64,000 nucleotides of DNA from Candidatus Velthaea sp. (GCA_965214935.1 CBDCCS010000022.1:704001-768000); one strand, 5' to 3'. Positions 19,247 to 30,385 are shown, counted from the stretch's first letter. The notes: a model not told the origin generated them from the sequence alone. Numbers and translations are program-made.

Positions 19247-19657
19247 TTAGTCCTCGTCTTCACTCCAGGGAGCGAGATTGTCTAGGTCGGCTCCTAGGGA
19301 AAGTATATATCCTCTAACGTCTACTGGGACCACAAGGTTTACCCACCGCCGCCAATTTGTCTTGATCTCGTCACGAGCGAATCTTATCCACTGGTTTGAG
19401 TCCAGATGCGACAGATCTGCCTTCTCTTGTCCTGAGTTCGGAAAACCAGGCGAGTGTCGGTGGAACTCCTGGCCATGAGAGTTGTCGTAGTGGAGGACGG
19501 TCAATCTCTGGCCGTCCACCTCGATCTCTAGACCAGCATACCCTCGGACTACGTTCCCGGCTACCTTCAAAAATCCCCATCGTACGTAGACCTGTGCCTG
19601 CCTCTCCTCATCTATATCGAACAGAAAAGCATTTTTCTCAAGGGGAGCTTCATGCAT
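19247..19657 (-). CDS. TumE/DUF6516/DUF7718-like putative toxin
   Basis: VLHYDNSHGQEFHRH motif. Confidence 0.6.
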   Translation of the reverse strand: MHEAPLEKNAFLFDIDEERQAQVYVRWGFLKVAGNVVRGYAGLEIEVDGQRLTVLHYDNSHGQEFHRHSPGFPNSGQEKADLSHLDSNQWIRFARDEIKTNWRRWVNLVVPVDVRGYILSLGADLDNLAPWSEDED

Positions 19658-19827
19658 CCACCTATGTTATCAAGGGGACCAAAGTATTCAAGAGCCAGTT
19701 GCTCAGGATCAACAATTCTGTGTAAGCCCTCTGTCACTGAATAAAACACCTATATATTCAGCTTTTAGGCATGATCCTTTCGTCGTTTTACTCTTTAGTC
19801 GACTTCATTTGGCATTTGTTCCCATGC

Positions 19828-21159
19828 TCAGGCATACTGCAACATGAAAAGGCCACGTCTCCGAAGCTGCGCTTTCGTACGTGAACTGAGTTGCTGCATC
19901 GCCAAGTTGACATCCGTCCTCGGTCCCGGCCAGACCTCGATGTATGCCTCAATCAGCGCCGTCAACTCGTCTCGTGCCGGGAAAGCGTCGGCGATGGTTA
20001 CGACGCGCACGGAGAAGCCGGACTTACGCGGCCTATCTCCTTGAAGCACACCCTCGTCCTCCAAACGCTTCATCGCCTTCTTCACGTTTTCTCGGTGGTG
20101 GCCGGTCGCGACTTTCACGCAGAGCGCCTCGAACGTCCAACCGAAAACGCCTAACGAGAGCAGGATGCTGGTGGGGATAGAGCTTCCGAAAAGCACGTGC
20201 CGGTCGCCGTGCCAGAGTCCACCCTCCGGCATCTCCGGAGTTCCGAATTGCGCTATGCCCGGTGCGGGCGGGTAGACTTCGGCCAGTTTCCGCAAAAGAC
20301 GGAGAAGGGGAGGGTGTAACGGATAATCCACGTCGAGCGCACACGCCGTTCCATCGGGTGTTTCCCATGTTCGGACGATGCCGCCACGTCCAAAGGGCGC
20401 ATCGTCGAAGCGTTCTTTCCGGAGATGGTTCACGCCGGTCAGTTTCCGGAGATCTCGCAGCATCATCGGACCATGAACGGCGAGTGCTATGAAGTTCCGC
20501 AGGCGTATATCCGTTCCGAATAAGAGAGGCGCTCCGTCCTCGGCGTGCTGGTTCGCCCAGGTTCGCTTGCCGGTAGCGTTTGATTCAACGAGTCGCGGAT
20601 CGTCAACGATGTCCGCGAGCCGTAAGACAAGCGTCTTAAATGACGCCGGAACGGCGGGAGAAAGTTCATATCCTCCGCCCTCCCCTTTTACGAGAACCCC
20701 GTCTTCAACGAAGTGTGCAAGGTCTGCCATGATGCGTTCCGGCCAATGATACGGCATTCGTCGCTTAAGCGTTTCCTCGTCAAGTGGTTCGTCTGCAGAC
20801 ATTATGGTGAAGAGGATGTGGAATGAGACCGGACCTCGATGAGCGAGCGGTTTATCATTGTGGATGATTCCATTTGATTTGCCGGAGAAATCATCAATCG
20901 GATGCCCGAGTAAATCTTGCAGAACGGCCCGTAGTTCTTGTGCGGCTGGATAGCTTGGGCTAAGAAAAGCTACCTTCGGTGTTTCGTCCCGGAAGGTACA
21001 GATGCCAGCGTTTGCGAGTCGGGCGAGTTTCGAGCGGTTCTTGTTGGTGACGTTTACGTGCCCGACTTCGGCAATTTCCCGCAGTAGCTCCTGAACCTGC
21101 GCGGAGCCAAACAGTGTCGGTACACGCCTGTCACTACCGGCGCTCACGTCCTCAGCCAC
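19828..21159 (-). CDS. Hypothetical protein with repeated winged-helix-like modules
   Basis: Recurring LFGS/LFGT module starts, each followed by helix-turn-helix-like and wing-like segments. Confidence 0.7.
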   Translation of the reverse strand: MAEDVSAGSDRRVPTLFGSAQVQELLREIAEVGHVNVTNKNRSKLARLANAGICTFRDETPKVAFLSPSYPAAQELRAVLQDLLGHPIDDFSGKSNGIIHNDKPLAHRGPVSFHILFTIMSADEPLDEETLKRRMPYHWPERIMADLAHFVEDGVLVKGEGGGYELSPAVPASFKTLVLRLADIVDDPRLVESNATGKRTWANQHAEDGAPLLFGTDIRLRNFIALAVHGPMMLRDLRKLTGVNHLRKERFDDAPFGRGGIVRTWETPDGTACALDVDYPLHPPLLRLLRKLAEVYPPAPGIAQFGTPEMPEGGLWHGDRHVLFGSSIPTSILLSLGVFGWTFEALCVKVATGHHRENVKKAMKRLEDEGVLQGDRPRKSGFSVRVVTIADAFPARDELTALIEAYIEVWPGPRTDVNLAMQQLSSRTKAQLRRRGLFMLQYA

Positions 21160-21407
21160 TCGCTAACCAACTAAGTAAAATGAGTCCCGCCACCTGTCAG
21201 GATGATCGTAGAATCTACATACATCAACGGGACGCGACCAAAGCGACGGGATCTTCCCATCGTGTTTCGGTAGTCACCTTCAGCTTGCCAACGGAATACT
21301 ATATGGTGTATCTTGCAAGGAAACCCTGCCGTGATAGCCTGCCCGACCCGGTTGGTTGATCTCTCTCTGTAAAAAGCCCGCGCGCCTAAGGAATTGAAGC
21401 TGTAACA

Positions 21408-23822
21408 GTGGCAATTAAGAAGTCTGAGTTGTACTCCTCGCTGTGGCAAAGCTGCGACGAACTTCGCGGCGGCATGGATGCTAGTCAGTACAAGGATTAC
21501 GTCCTCGTTCTGCTTTTCATTCGGTACGTCAGCGACAAGTATGCTGGTCAGAAGTACGGCGAGATCCAAGTTCCTGAAGGTTCAAGCTTTAAGGACATGG
21601 TTGCGCTCAAAGGGAAGTCAGACATCGGCGACCAGATCAACAAAAAGATTGTCGCGCCACTCGCCGCAGCAAATAAGCTTTCTGACATGCCGGACTTTGC
21701 CGATACGAACAAGCTCGGTAGCGGCAAGGATATGGTCGATAGACTAACCAGCCTCATTGCCATCTTCGAGAATAAGGCACTCGACTTCTCGAAGAATCGT
21801 GCCGATGGCGATGATATCCTCGGAGATGCTTACGAGTATCTAATGCGCCACTTTGCTACCGAGAGCGGCAAATCCAAGGGCCAGTTTTACACGCCTGCTG
21901 AGGTCAGCCGCGTCATCGCAAAGATTACTGGTATCGGCGAAGCTGTTACAACGGCTCAGACGACGGTTTACGATCCAACCTGCGGCTCCGGCTCACTCCT
22001 TTTGAAAGTCGCAGACGAGGCCGGAACTAAGGTGACGATCTACGGGCAAGAAAAAGATGCCGCGACCAGCGGCCTTGCACGTATGAATATGATTTTGCAT
22101 AAAGTTCCGACCGCGCAGATCATTCAGGGTAACACGCTAGCTGATCCGAAGTTCACTGAAAAAGATTCAAACGGCGCTGATATACTGAAGATGTTCGACT
22201 ACGTTGTTGCGAATCCGCCGTTCTCGGACAAACGCTGGATCAACGGGCTCGATCCCCTCAACGACACCTTTAACCGCTTTAAGGCATTCGGCGAGCCACC
22301 CCACAAGCAGGGCGACTATGCGTATTTGCTTCACATCGTTGCGTCGCTGAAGAGCACCGGCGTTGGAATCTGCGTTCTGCCGCACGGTGTACTGTTTCGC
22401 GGTAATGCGGAAGCCGTGATTCGCGAGAAGCTCATCAAGAAAGGCTACATCTCCGCGATTATCGGCCTACCACCCAATCTTTTTTATGGCACCGGTATTC
22501 CGGCGTGCCTCGTCGTCGTCGACAAGAAGCCCGCTCAGGAACGTGGCGGCATCTTTATGATTGATGCGAGTGCCGGATTCATGAAGGATGGGCCAAAGAA
22601 TCGCCTGCGTGCTGAAGACATTCACAAAATTGTCGACACGTTCAAGCGCAAGGCTGAAGTCCCACGCTATTCGCGCATGGTGTCAAACGCAGAGATTGAG
22701 AAGAACGGTTTCAACCTCAATCTCCCCCGTTACATCGACAGCCAAGTAGCTGAAGACATTCAAGATATCGCCGGGCATCTTCAAGGTGGAATTCCTGTCG
22801 CCGACGTTGATGCTCTGGATCGCTACTGGGCGGTTTGCCCTGGGCTACGGAATGCGCTCTTTAAGCCCAATCGTCCAGGCTACGTCGACTTGGCCGTTGG
22901 CAAGGATCTCATCAAGTCGACGATCTACACGCACCCGGAGTTTGAGTCGTTTATCGCCGAGATGACCGCACATTTCGCAACCTGGCGAGATGCGAGTTTC
23001 AAAACTCTGAAAGCTCTTACCGTTGGCACCCATCCAAAGACGGTGATCTCAAAGCTATCCGAAGACCTCCTTGCTCATTACATTGGGAATCCGCTCATCG
23101 ACTCGTACGCCGTTTATCAGCATCTCATGGACTACTGGGATGAGACCATGCAGGACGATTGCTACTTCATCGCCTCGGATGGTTGGAAGGCCGAAACAAG
23201 CCGCGTTATCGAGGTCAATAAGAAAACGGGCAAAGAAAAGGACAAGGGTTGGGTATGTGACCTCGTTCCAAAGCAATATGTCGCCGCAAGATATTTTGGC
23301 AAGGAGCGGCACGACATTGATACGCTGGCTGCGGACGTCGAAAGCCTCGCTGCTAAGATCAATGAGCTTGAAGAAGAGCACAATGTCGACGGTGGATTTT
23401 TGGATTTCGACCCTGTCAATAAAGCGAACGTGTCTGTTCGCATCAGGGAGATTGCTGGCGACACGCAGTCACTTGATGAGACCGAAGTCCTGAAGTCTTG
23501 GGTTAAGCTCAACGGTGACCAAACCGATGCGCGAAAGAAGCTGAATACGGCGGAGTCGGAGCTTGATTCTCTTGCTTATGCCAAGTATCCAACGCTCGTC
23601 GAGTCTGAAATCAAGAAGCTCGTTGTTGATGATAAATGGTTGGCAACGATGAGCAGTACCGTTCATGGAGAACTTCATCGCGTGAGTCAACAGCTTGCGA
23701 TGCGCGTTAAAGAACTTGCAGAACGTTACGAGACTCCCGCGCCAGAAATGGCAATCCGCGCCTTGGCCCTAGAGTCAAAGGTTAATATTGACCTTGAACG
23801 GATGGGCTTTTCGTGGATGTGA
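21408..23822 (+). CDS. hsdM: Type I restriction-modification methyltransferase subunit (long form)
   Basis: LWQSCDELRGGMDASQYKDY, GQFYTP, DPTCGSGSLL, NPPF. Confidence 0.96.
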   Translation: MAIKKSELYSSLWQSCDELRGGMDASQYKDYVLVLLFIRYVSDKYAGQKYGEIQVPEGSSFKDMVALKGKSDIGDQINKKIVAPLAAANKLSDMPDFADTNKLGSGKDMVDRLTSLIAIFENKALDFSKNRADGDDILGDAYEYLMRHFATESGKSKGQFYTPAEVSRVIAKITGIGEAVTTAQTTVYDPTCGSGSLLLKVADEAGTKVTIYGQEKDAATSGLARMNMILHKVPTAQIIQGNTLADPKFTEKDSNGADILKMFDYVVANPPFSDKRWINGLDPLNDTFNRFKAFGEPPHKQGDYAYLLHIVASLKSTGVGICVLPHGVLFRGNAEAVIREKLIKKGYISAIIGLPPNLFYGTGIPACLVVVDKKPAQERGGIFMIDASAGFMKDGPKNRLRAEDIHKIVDTFKRKAEVPRYSRMVSNAEIEKNGFNLNLPRYIDSQVAEDIQDIAGHLQGGIPVADVDALDRYWAVCPGLRNALFKPNRPGYVDLAVGKDLIKSTIYTHPEFESFIAEMTAHFATWRDASFKTLKALTVGTHPKTVISKLSEDLLAHYIGNPLIDSYAVYQHLMDYWDETMQDDCYFIASDGWKAETSRVIEVNKKTGKEKDKGWVCDLVPKQYVAARYFGKERHDIDTLAADVESLAAKINELEEEHNVDGGFLDFDPVNKANVSVRIREIAGDTQSLDETEVLKSWVKLNGDQTDARKKLNTAESELDSLAYAKYPTLVESEIKKLVVDDKWLATMSSTVHGELHRVSQQLAMRVKELAERYETPAPEMAIRALALESKVNIDLERMGFSWM

Positions 23823-25093
23823 AGCCAAGATTCAAAACTTCAGATGTGGGCGAAATCCCCCAAGAATGGTCTGCTGAAACTCTCGGACGGCTCGTCGAGC
23901 GGCTATCTAACGGCTTCGGATATACAAAAAGTGCCGTATCTGACTTTCCAGTAACAAGAATTGAAACAATCTCAGATGGCGTAATTAATTTCGAGCGCGT
24001 GGGCTATGCCAAAAGAGAAGCGAATATCGAGAAGTTCCGTTTACAAGCTGGTGATATACTTTTTAGCCATATCAATAGCCTAGATCATATTGGTAAGGTC
24101 GCGCTTTATGATGGCCTTATTCCGCTCTATCATGGCATGAATCTGCTGCTCTTGCGTCCGGGGGCCCGGATCAATGCCAAGTATCTATATTACTGGCTGT
24201 CTTCTCTTCCGGGCCGACGTACTTCCACACTCCTTGCGAGACAAGCTGTAAGCCAAGCGAGCATTAATACTGCAGATCTGCGGGCCGTTTCGGTGCCGTT
24301 GCCCCCGACCAGGTCCGAGCAAGATGCCATCGCCGAGGCGCTGAGCGACGCGGATGCCTACATCGAATCGCTAGAGCAACTGCTTGCGAAGAAGCTCAAA
24401 ATAAAGCTGGGCGCGATGCAAGAACTGCTCACTGGTAAGCGGCGACTGCCGGGATTCGAAGTTAAACAAGGAGTTAAGTCTTCCGAAGTCGGTGTAATTC
24501 CGGAAGATTGGAACGTACATTCACTTAGTGATATCTCGGATTTGAAGAACGGTTACGCTTTTGAGAGCAATACTTATAGCGAACTAGGAGTCTTCAATGT
24601 AATAACCATATCCAACGTGCAGGACGGCTATATGGACGGTATAGCAAGTTGTAATAGAGTGTCCGTTCTCCCGCGAGACTTGCAACAACATCAACGCCTT
24701 GCTGCTGGAGACATACTGATCTCGATGACGGGTAACGTTGGTCGTATGTGTCGCGTGAGTGAATCGAACTGCCTCCTGAATCAACGCGTGGGTAAACTAC
24801 TTCCGAAGGGCGTTGACCCAACGTATTTATTCTTGTTGCTATCTCAGCCGACGTTTCAGGGTCAGATGTCGGAAAGGGCAACCGGTGGCGCACAAGATAA
24901 TTTGAGCAAGAGCGATATCCTTGGTTACCGCTTCGCTTCGCCATCGAAGAGGGCCGAACAAATTGCAATCGCAGCAGTTTTGTCGGATATAAATGATGAG
25001 GCGGCCGAAATTCAGGCGAAGCTTGTAAAAGCACGATGTATTAAGCAAGGTATGATGCAACAGCTTTTCACTGGAAAGATTCGCCTCGTATGA
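23813..25093 (+). CDS. hsdS: Type I restriction-modification specificity subunit
   Basis: Two TRDs flanked by GEIPQEW / GVIPEDW, EQDAIAEALSD, KQGMMQQLFTGKIRL. Confidence 0.95.
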   Translation: MDVKPRFKTSDVGEIPQEWSAETLGRLVERLSNGFGYTKSAVSDFPVTRIETISDGVINFERVGYAKREANIEKFRLQAGDILFSHINSLDHIGKVALYDGLIPLYHGMNLLLLRPGARINAKYLYYWLSSLPGRRTSTLLARQAVSQASINTADLRAVSVPLPPTRSEQDAIAEALSDADAYIESLEQLLAKKLKIKLGAMQELLTGKRRLPGFEVKQGVKSSEVGVIPEDWNVHSLSDISDLKNGYAFESNTYSELGVFNVITISNVQDGYMDGIASCNRVSVLPRDLQQHQRLAAGDILISMTGNVGRMCRVSESNCLLNQRVGKLLPKGVDPTYLFLLLSQPTFQGQMSERATGGAQDNLSKSDILGYRFASPSKRAEQIAIAAVLSDINDEAAEIQAKLVKARCIKQGMMQQLFTGKIRLV

Positions 25094-28000
25094 GCGATGT
25101 AGGTAAGCCAGAGCGCGTGACCCAGGATCGAGTGAAAGCGCTCTTTCGGGATGTGCTCGGTTACGATTTCCTGGGTGATTGGACGGAACGTGCCACCAAC
25201 AGCAATATCGAAGAGAAGTATCTGTCCGAATGGCTGACACAGCGTGGATATACTCCAGCGCAGGTCAACATGGCGATGCAGCGGCTACGGACGGAAGCGA
25301 CAAATCACAATCGCGGCCTGTACGGAAACAATAAGGAAGTCTACTCGCTGCTGCGGTACGGCGTGTCCGTCAAGACCGATGTTGCCGAGAACAGCGAAAT
25401 CGTTCAATTTATTGACTGGAACAAGCCCGACGCTAATCATTTCGCCATTGCCGAAGAAGTTACACTCAAGGGCAATTTTGAGCGGCGACCGGATATTGTG
25501 TTGTACGTCAACGGCATCGCTGTTGGCGTCCTGGAACTCAAGAAGAGTCGCATAAGTGTTGGAGAGGGCATCCGGCAGAATCTTTCAAATCAGCAACCCG
25601 ATTTTCACGAGTGGTTCTTTAGTACGGTTCAGTTTGTTCTCGCGGGCAATGATTCCGAAGGCCTCAAATACGGCTCGATCCTGACCCCAGAGAAATTTTT
25701 TAATACCTGGAAAGAAGACGAGGCTGACAACAAGGGCTCAAAACTCGACAAGTACTTGATCAAGATGTTCAGTAACCAGCGTCTTATTGAACTCATGCAT
25801 GATTTCGTTCTGTTCGACGGCGGCATCAAGAAGCTGCCCCGAGTACATCAATATTTCGGTATCAAGGCGGCTCAGAAGCATGTTGCCGAGCGAAGGGGCG
25901 GCATAATCTGGCACACACAGGGCAGCGGTAAGAGTATCGTTATGGTCTTGCTTGCAAAATGGATCCTTGAGAACAACCCAAATGCTCGTGTTGCAATCAT
26001 TACTGACCGTGACGAACTCGATAAGCAAATTGAGGCGGTATTCGGTTCAGCGGGTGAGACCCTGAAGCGAACCGGAAGTGGTCGCGAATTGATGCGGCAG
26101 CTTGGACAGGCTTCCCCTCGTCTCATGTGTTCGCTGGTGCACAAGTTCGGTCGTAAAGATGTCGATGACTTTGAAGCCTTTATCAAAGAGATCGAAGCTC
26201 AGCCGACTTTAACGGTTGGAGATATCTTCGTTTTCGTTGACGAGTGCCACCGGACCCAGAGTGGTCGCCTGCACCGGGTGATGAAGGCAACGATGCCCGA
26301 GGCAACCTTTATTGGGTTCACGGGAACACCGCTTCTTAAGAAAGATAGCAAGACCAGCCTCGAAGTGTTCGGCGGCTACATCCACACCTATAAATTCGAC
26401 GAGGCAGTTGCAGATCGTGTGGTACTTGACCTTGCGTACGATCCGCGTGATATAGACCAGCGACTGGGCTCGAAGGACAAAATCGACAAATGGTTCGCTG
26501 CCAAGACGAAGGGTTTGAACAACTGGAAGCAAGACGAGCTTAAGAAGCACTGGGCAACGATGCAGAACGTGCTGAGTTCGCAGTCACGCATGAGCCGCGT
26601 TGTTGCTGACATCGTCTTCGACTTCGAAACGAATCCGCGCCTTTCTAGCGGGCGCGGTAACGCAATTCTTATCGCATCGAGCATTTACGAAGCGTGCAAG
26701 TATTATCTGCTCTTTCAGCAGACGCGGCTTAAGAAGCGCTGCGCTATTGTCACGTCGTACAGCCCGCAAGCCAGCAACGTCACGTTGGAAGAGACGGGTG
26801 CAAATACCGAGACAGATAAGCAGTTCATTTACAACACATATACTGATCTTCTTGTGAACGTCGAAGCGAAGCCGGGCAAGAGCAAGACTGAGACATACGA
26901 AGATGCGGCCAAGGATAAGTTCATAAAAGAGCCCGCGAATATGAAACTGCTTGTTGTTGTCAACAAATTGCTCACCGGCTTCGACGCGCCGCCATGTAGC
27001 GTTTTATATATTGACAAGTCGATGCAAGACCATGGGCTGTTCCAAGCAATTTGTCGGACCAACCGGCTCGATACAGACGACAAAGAGTTCGGCAACATCG
27101 TCGACTACAAAGACCTGTTTAAGAAGGTCAAAGGAGCGATGGCTGTCTACACGTCCGAACTTGATGACAGTTCTGGCGGTGAACCACCTGAGGTGTTGCT
27201 CGAAGATCGTCTTTCCAAGTGCCGTGAGCGCCTAGAGAATTCTCTTGAAACTCTCGTGCTTCTATGCGAGCCGGTGGAGCCGCCAAAGGGCGAGATCGAG
27301 TACATTCACTACTTCGTGGGCAACTCCGAGATTGAAAGTGACGCCGCTGAACGCGAGCCTCAGCGAGTCGCCCTCTATAAGGCCGTCGTATCATATATGC
27401 GAGGAATGGCCGACTTGGCGGATGAGATGGAACTTGCGGGCTTCAGCCCAGAGCAGGTAGCTCATTTCAACGAACGACGCACGTACTACCTGAATATTCG
27501 GGACATTGTTCGGAAGGCCAGCGGTGAGTACCTAGACCTCAAGCCGTTCGAAGCTGACATGCGCCATCTCATCGACACATATATTGAAGCTGATGAGCCG
27601 AGGAAGCTGTCGCCATTCGATGACATGACGTTACTCCAGGTCATTGCGAAGATTGGGATTCAAGAAGCAATAGCTGAGCAAATGAAGGAAATGAATGGCA
27701 ACAAGGAAGCCATAGCAGAAACAATTGAGAATAATATTCGGAAGAAGCTTGTTGCACAGCGGCTGCTCGATCCAGTCTACTTCGATACAATGTCGGCACT
27801 CTTGAACGAAATCATCGCTCAGCGGAAGGCAAAGGCGGAAGAATATGAGGAGTATCTGCAGCGACTAGCTGCCCTCGTTAAGAAAGTCGAAGTTGGCTTC
27901 TCGGATGAGACGCCTTCTGCCCTTGACACGCCTGCCAAGCGCGCTCTATGGAATAATCTTGGCCGTGACGAGAATCTTGCCCTTAAAGTTGATGAGGCCG

Positions 28001-28140
28001 TACGTATAAACCGGCCCGACGCTTGGCGTGGCGTGTACCCGCGTGAGATGACGGTGAAAGGCATCCTCTACAGTTGTCTACTGGACGAGGCGGAAGTCGA
28101 ACGCATATTTTCTATAGTTGTCGCGCAGGGCGAATACTAA
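25090..28140 (+). CDS. hsdR: Type I restriction-modification restriction subunit
   Basis: RPDIVLYVNGIAVGVLELK, HTQGSGKS, DECHR, GFTGTP, QAICRTNR. Confidence 0.96.
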   Translation: MSDVGKPERVTQDRVKALFRDVLGYDFLGDWTERATNSNIEEKYLSEWLTQRGYTPAQVNMAMQRLRTEATNHNRGLYGNNKEVYSLLRYGVSVKTDVAENSEIVQFIDWNKPDANHFAIAEEVTLKGNFERRPDIVLYVNGIAVGVLELKKSRISVGEGIRQNLSNQQPDFHEWFFSTVQFVLAGNDSEGLKYGSILTPEKFFNTWKEDEADNKGSKLDKYLIKMFSNQRLIELMHDFVLFDGGIKKLPRVHQYFGIKAAQKHVAERRGGIIWHTQGSGKSIVMVLLAKWILENNPNARVAIITDRDELDKQIEAVFGSAGETLKRTGSGRELMRQLGQASPRLMCSLVHKFGRKDVDDFEAFIKEIEAQPTLTVGDIFVFVDECHRTQSGRLHRVMKATMPEATFIGFTGTPLLKKDSKTSLEVFGGYIHTYKFDEAVADRVVLDLAYDPRDIDQRLGSKDKIDKWFAAKTKGLNNWKQDELKKHWATMQNVLSSQSRMSRVVADIVFDFETNPRLSSGRGNAILIASSIYEACKYYLLFQQTRLKKRCAIVTSYSPQASNVTLEETGANTETDKQFIYNTYTDLLVNVEAKPGKSKTETYEDAAKDKFIKEPANMKLLVVVNKLLTGFDAPPCSVLYIDKSMQDHGLFQAICRTNRLDTDDKEFGNIVDYKDLFKKVKGAMAVYTSELDDSSGGEPPEVLLEDRLSKCRERLENSLETLVLLCEPVEPPKGEIEYIHYFVGNSEIESDAAEREPQRVALYKAVVSYMRGMADLADEMELAGFSPEQVAHFNERRTYYLNIRDIVRKASGEYLDLKPFEADMRHLIDTYIEADEPRKLSPFDDMTLLQVIAKIGIQEAIAEQMKEMNGNKEAIAETIENNIRKKLVAQRLLDPVYFDTMSALLNEIIAQRKAKAEEYEEYLQRLAALVKKVEVGFSDETPSALDTPAKRALWNNLGRDENLALKVDEAVRINRPDAWRGVYPREMTVKGILYSCLLDEAEVERIFSIVVAQGEY

Positions 28141-28859
28141 TGGTTAAGCGTATCGAGCTTGGTGACATCCCGATTGACGTTATATTCAAGGATGTAAAGA
28201 ACGTCCATTTGAGTGTGCATCCGCCAGCGGGTCGCGTGAGTGTTGCCGCGCCTGTACGGATGACCTTGGACATGATACGCGTCTTCGCAATTACGAAACT
28301 TGGCTGGATAAAGCGCCAGCGAAAACGCCTTCGTGAGCAAGCTCGGGAAACTCCCCGAGAACTTCTTGGACGAGAAAGCCATTTCTTCTGGGGCCAACGC
28401 TATCTGCTGGATGTGGTCGAAGACACCGGCAAGACAGCCGTTGTCGTTAGACCGAGTCGGATCGTCATGCATGTTCAGCCGGGAGCAACGGTGGAGCGGA
28501 AGCATGCAATTCTAGCCGAGTGGTATCGAGAGCAAATTAAAGCAACGGTTCCGGATGTTGTCGCGAAGTGGGCACCGCAAATTGGCGCTACCGTGAACAA
28601 GATCTATGTTCAGCAAATGAAGACGAAGTGGGGAAGCTGTAATTCGATTGCTGGTTCGATTCGACTAAACACGGAACTTGCGAAAAAACCGAGAGAATGC
28701 TTCGAGTATGTAGTAGTTCATGAAATGATGCATCTTCTGGAACCGACGCATAATTCGCGGTTCATGGCGATGATGGACCGGGTGATGCCAAACTGGCGCG
28801 TTCTTCGTAATCAATTAAACGAGTTACCCGTTGGCCATGAAGAGTGGAAGCATGAGTAG
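28140..28859 (+). CDS. YgjP/SprT-like (M48/DUF45) zinc metalloprotein
   Basis: MKTKWGSC and YVVVHEMMHLLEPTH; TAATG coupling to hsdR. Confidence 0.9.
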   Translation: MVKRIELGDIPIDVIFKDVKNVHLSVHPPAGRVSVAAPVRMTLDMIRVFAITKLGWIKRQRKRLREQARETPRELLGRESHFFWGQRYLLDVVEDTGKTAVVVRPSRIVMHVQPGATVERKHAILAEWYREQIKATVPDVVAKWAPQIGATVNKIYVQQMKTKWGSCNSIAGSIRLNTELAKKPRECFEYVVVHEMMHLLEPTHNSRFMAMMDRVMPNWRVLRNQLNELPVGHEEWKHE

Positions 28860-29067
28860 GTACTCGGCTGAGCGAGAGGGTCTTCACAAGAAGGCGACAT
28901 ACACTTTGCCACCTGACGTGCTCGATGCTATCGACAAGCAATGGCGCTTTCATAAAACCTTGGCAACAACTTTGGCCGACTCAAAAAGTGGCTACATTGC
29001 TGACTTGGTTCGGCGTGATTCGGCAAGAAAGACATCGGCGGCCATAAAAAAGTCTTCGACTTCTTAA
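28852..29067 (+). CDS. Small RHH/CopG-like protein
   Basis: KKATYTLPPDVLDAID...SKSGYIADLVRR. Confidence 0.55.
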   Translation: MSRYSAEREGLHKKATYTLPPDVLDAIDKQWRFHKTLATTLADSKSGYIADLVRRDSARKTSAAIKKSSTS

Positions 29068-29293
29068 AATTGAGCGCGACGGCTGATACATGAAAATACG
29101 GTCACGACAAGTCTGTCGGGCCGTTTCTTATTTTGGTATAATATCAGGCCGACCTAAGTTCGGTCGGCCGTTTAAATATCGCACATCATACCGCGACCTA
29201 CGGATTTGAGCCCCAGTCGGTCGCGGGATAACGCTGACCCAATTCTACCACGCAATCGTGGTGGGCTAGGTCGACGCGGAAAGGGCAATCCTT

Positions 29294-29575
29294 TTGTCTC
29301 ATCCGTTCCTCTTGAACCCCAGCCCTTTCGTCTGCCTCCGGAAGAAATACGGCCTGTCTCGACAGCAAGCCGGGCAGAAACTCAAGTTGCCGCGCCGGTA
29401 CATCACCATCCTCGAAATGCAAACTCAGGGCGTTCCTGCCTTCGTCCTCGACGCCATCGACCGAACCTTTTCACCGGACCCATCCATCCAACTCGACTTC
29501 TGGGAGCTTGTTCTCGACGGAGCCGGGGAAGGGGAGGGGGGTCGTAACACTGACTCTGACGCCCAACGCGATTAG
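29294..29575 (+). CDS. Possible XRE-like HTH protein
   Basis: LRKKYGLSRQQAGQKLKLPRRYITILE. Confidence 0.45.
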   Translation: MSHPFLLNPSPFVCLRKKYGLSRQQAGQKLKLPRRYITILEMQTQGVPAFVLDAIDRTFSPDPSIQLDFWELVLDGAGEGEGGRNTDSDAQRD

Positions 29576-29782
29576 GGCCTTAGGTCCCGAAAGATCAAGG
29601 TTGCCAAATCGCGCACTTTTCGCGGATGGATTCTTTTGATCTACTAGTCTCAGGTGTTGGGTCCGACCTTGAAAGACCCCGTGCGCGGTGAGACGAGAAC
29701 TGGCAACTGCGGTCGTGAAACTTGTCGAGAAATAGCCTGGGGCAACCTGGGAGCCCGGACGTGATCGCCGGGGTGGAAAAAA

Positions 29783-30385
29783 TTGGAGTGCCGACACCGC
29801 GACCCTGCTCTCAACTGCCAGCGCAGGTCGGCACTATACTTCAGATTATACAACGGCTCTCAATCGTTCGAAAGTCTGAAATCAAGGCAAACAACATCCG
29901 TGGCCAAAGACCACAGCGACTCAACCGACAATCTCAACGACGACTCAATTGAAGCCCAACCTGGACCAGCGACCGATAATTTTATCGAATCGCCGTCCGT
30001 TCAATCGGCCGTTCAGAATCCGGACCAAGCTCCAAGACAACAGAAGCGCGCCGCAAAACGTGCTGCGTTAAAACCGAAGATTGTCTCTAACGCTCAGCCC
30101 GCAAATGTAAGTGCGCAGGTCTATCGTCTGCGAACAAAGATTGAAGGTTTCTTTTCGATTCTCAAGCGCATCTCCGGCGACCATTGTTGGTCACGCGGTA
30201 GGCCGCGACAAACCAAGAACGCTGAGGAACCGTGCATCGCGTGGAAGAATGAAACGCTCTGCAAGTTCATCTTCATGAATCTGCGAACGACGGTTTCGCT
30301 GCAAGAAGAAACCGGATACACGATTGACTATGCCACCGACCGTTTCTTCCCGGCACCGATTGAGCCTCTCATCGCTGCCGCTTAG
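29783..30385 (+). pseudogene. C-terminal remnant of a DDE transposase (IS4/IS5-like YREK motif)
   Basis: YRLRTKIEGFFSILKR = Y-2-R-3-E-6-K. The N-terminal DD region is not recognisable. Confidence 0.7.

Noticed and set aside
23813..25093. Phase-variable (shufflon) hsdS
   Set aside because: Single hsdS, with no silent TRD cassettes, inverted repeats, recombinase or simple repeats seen.
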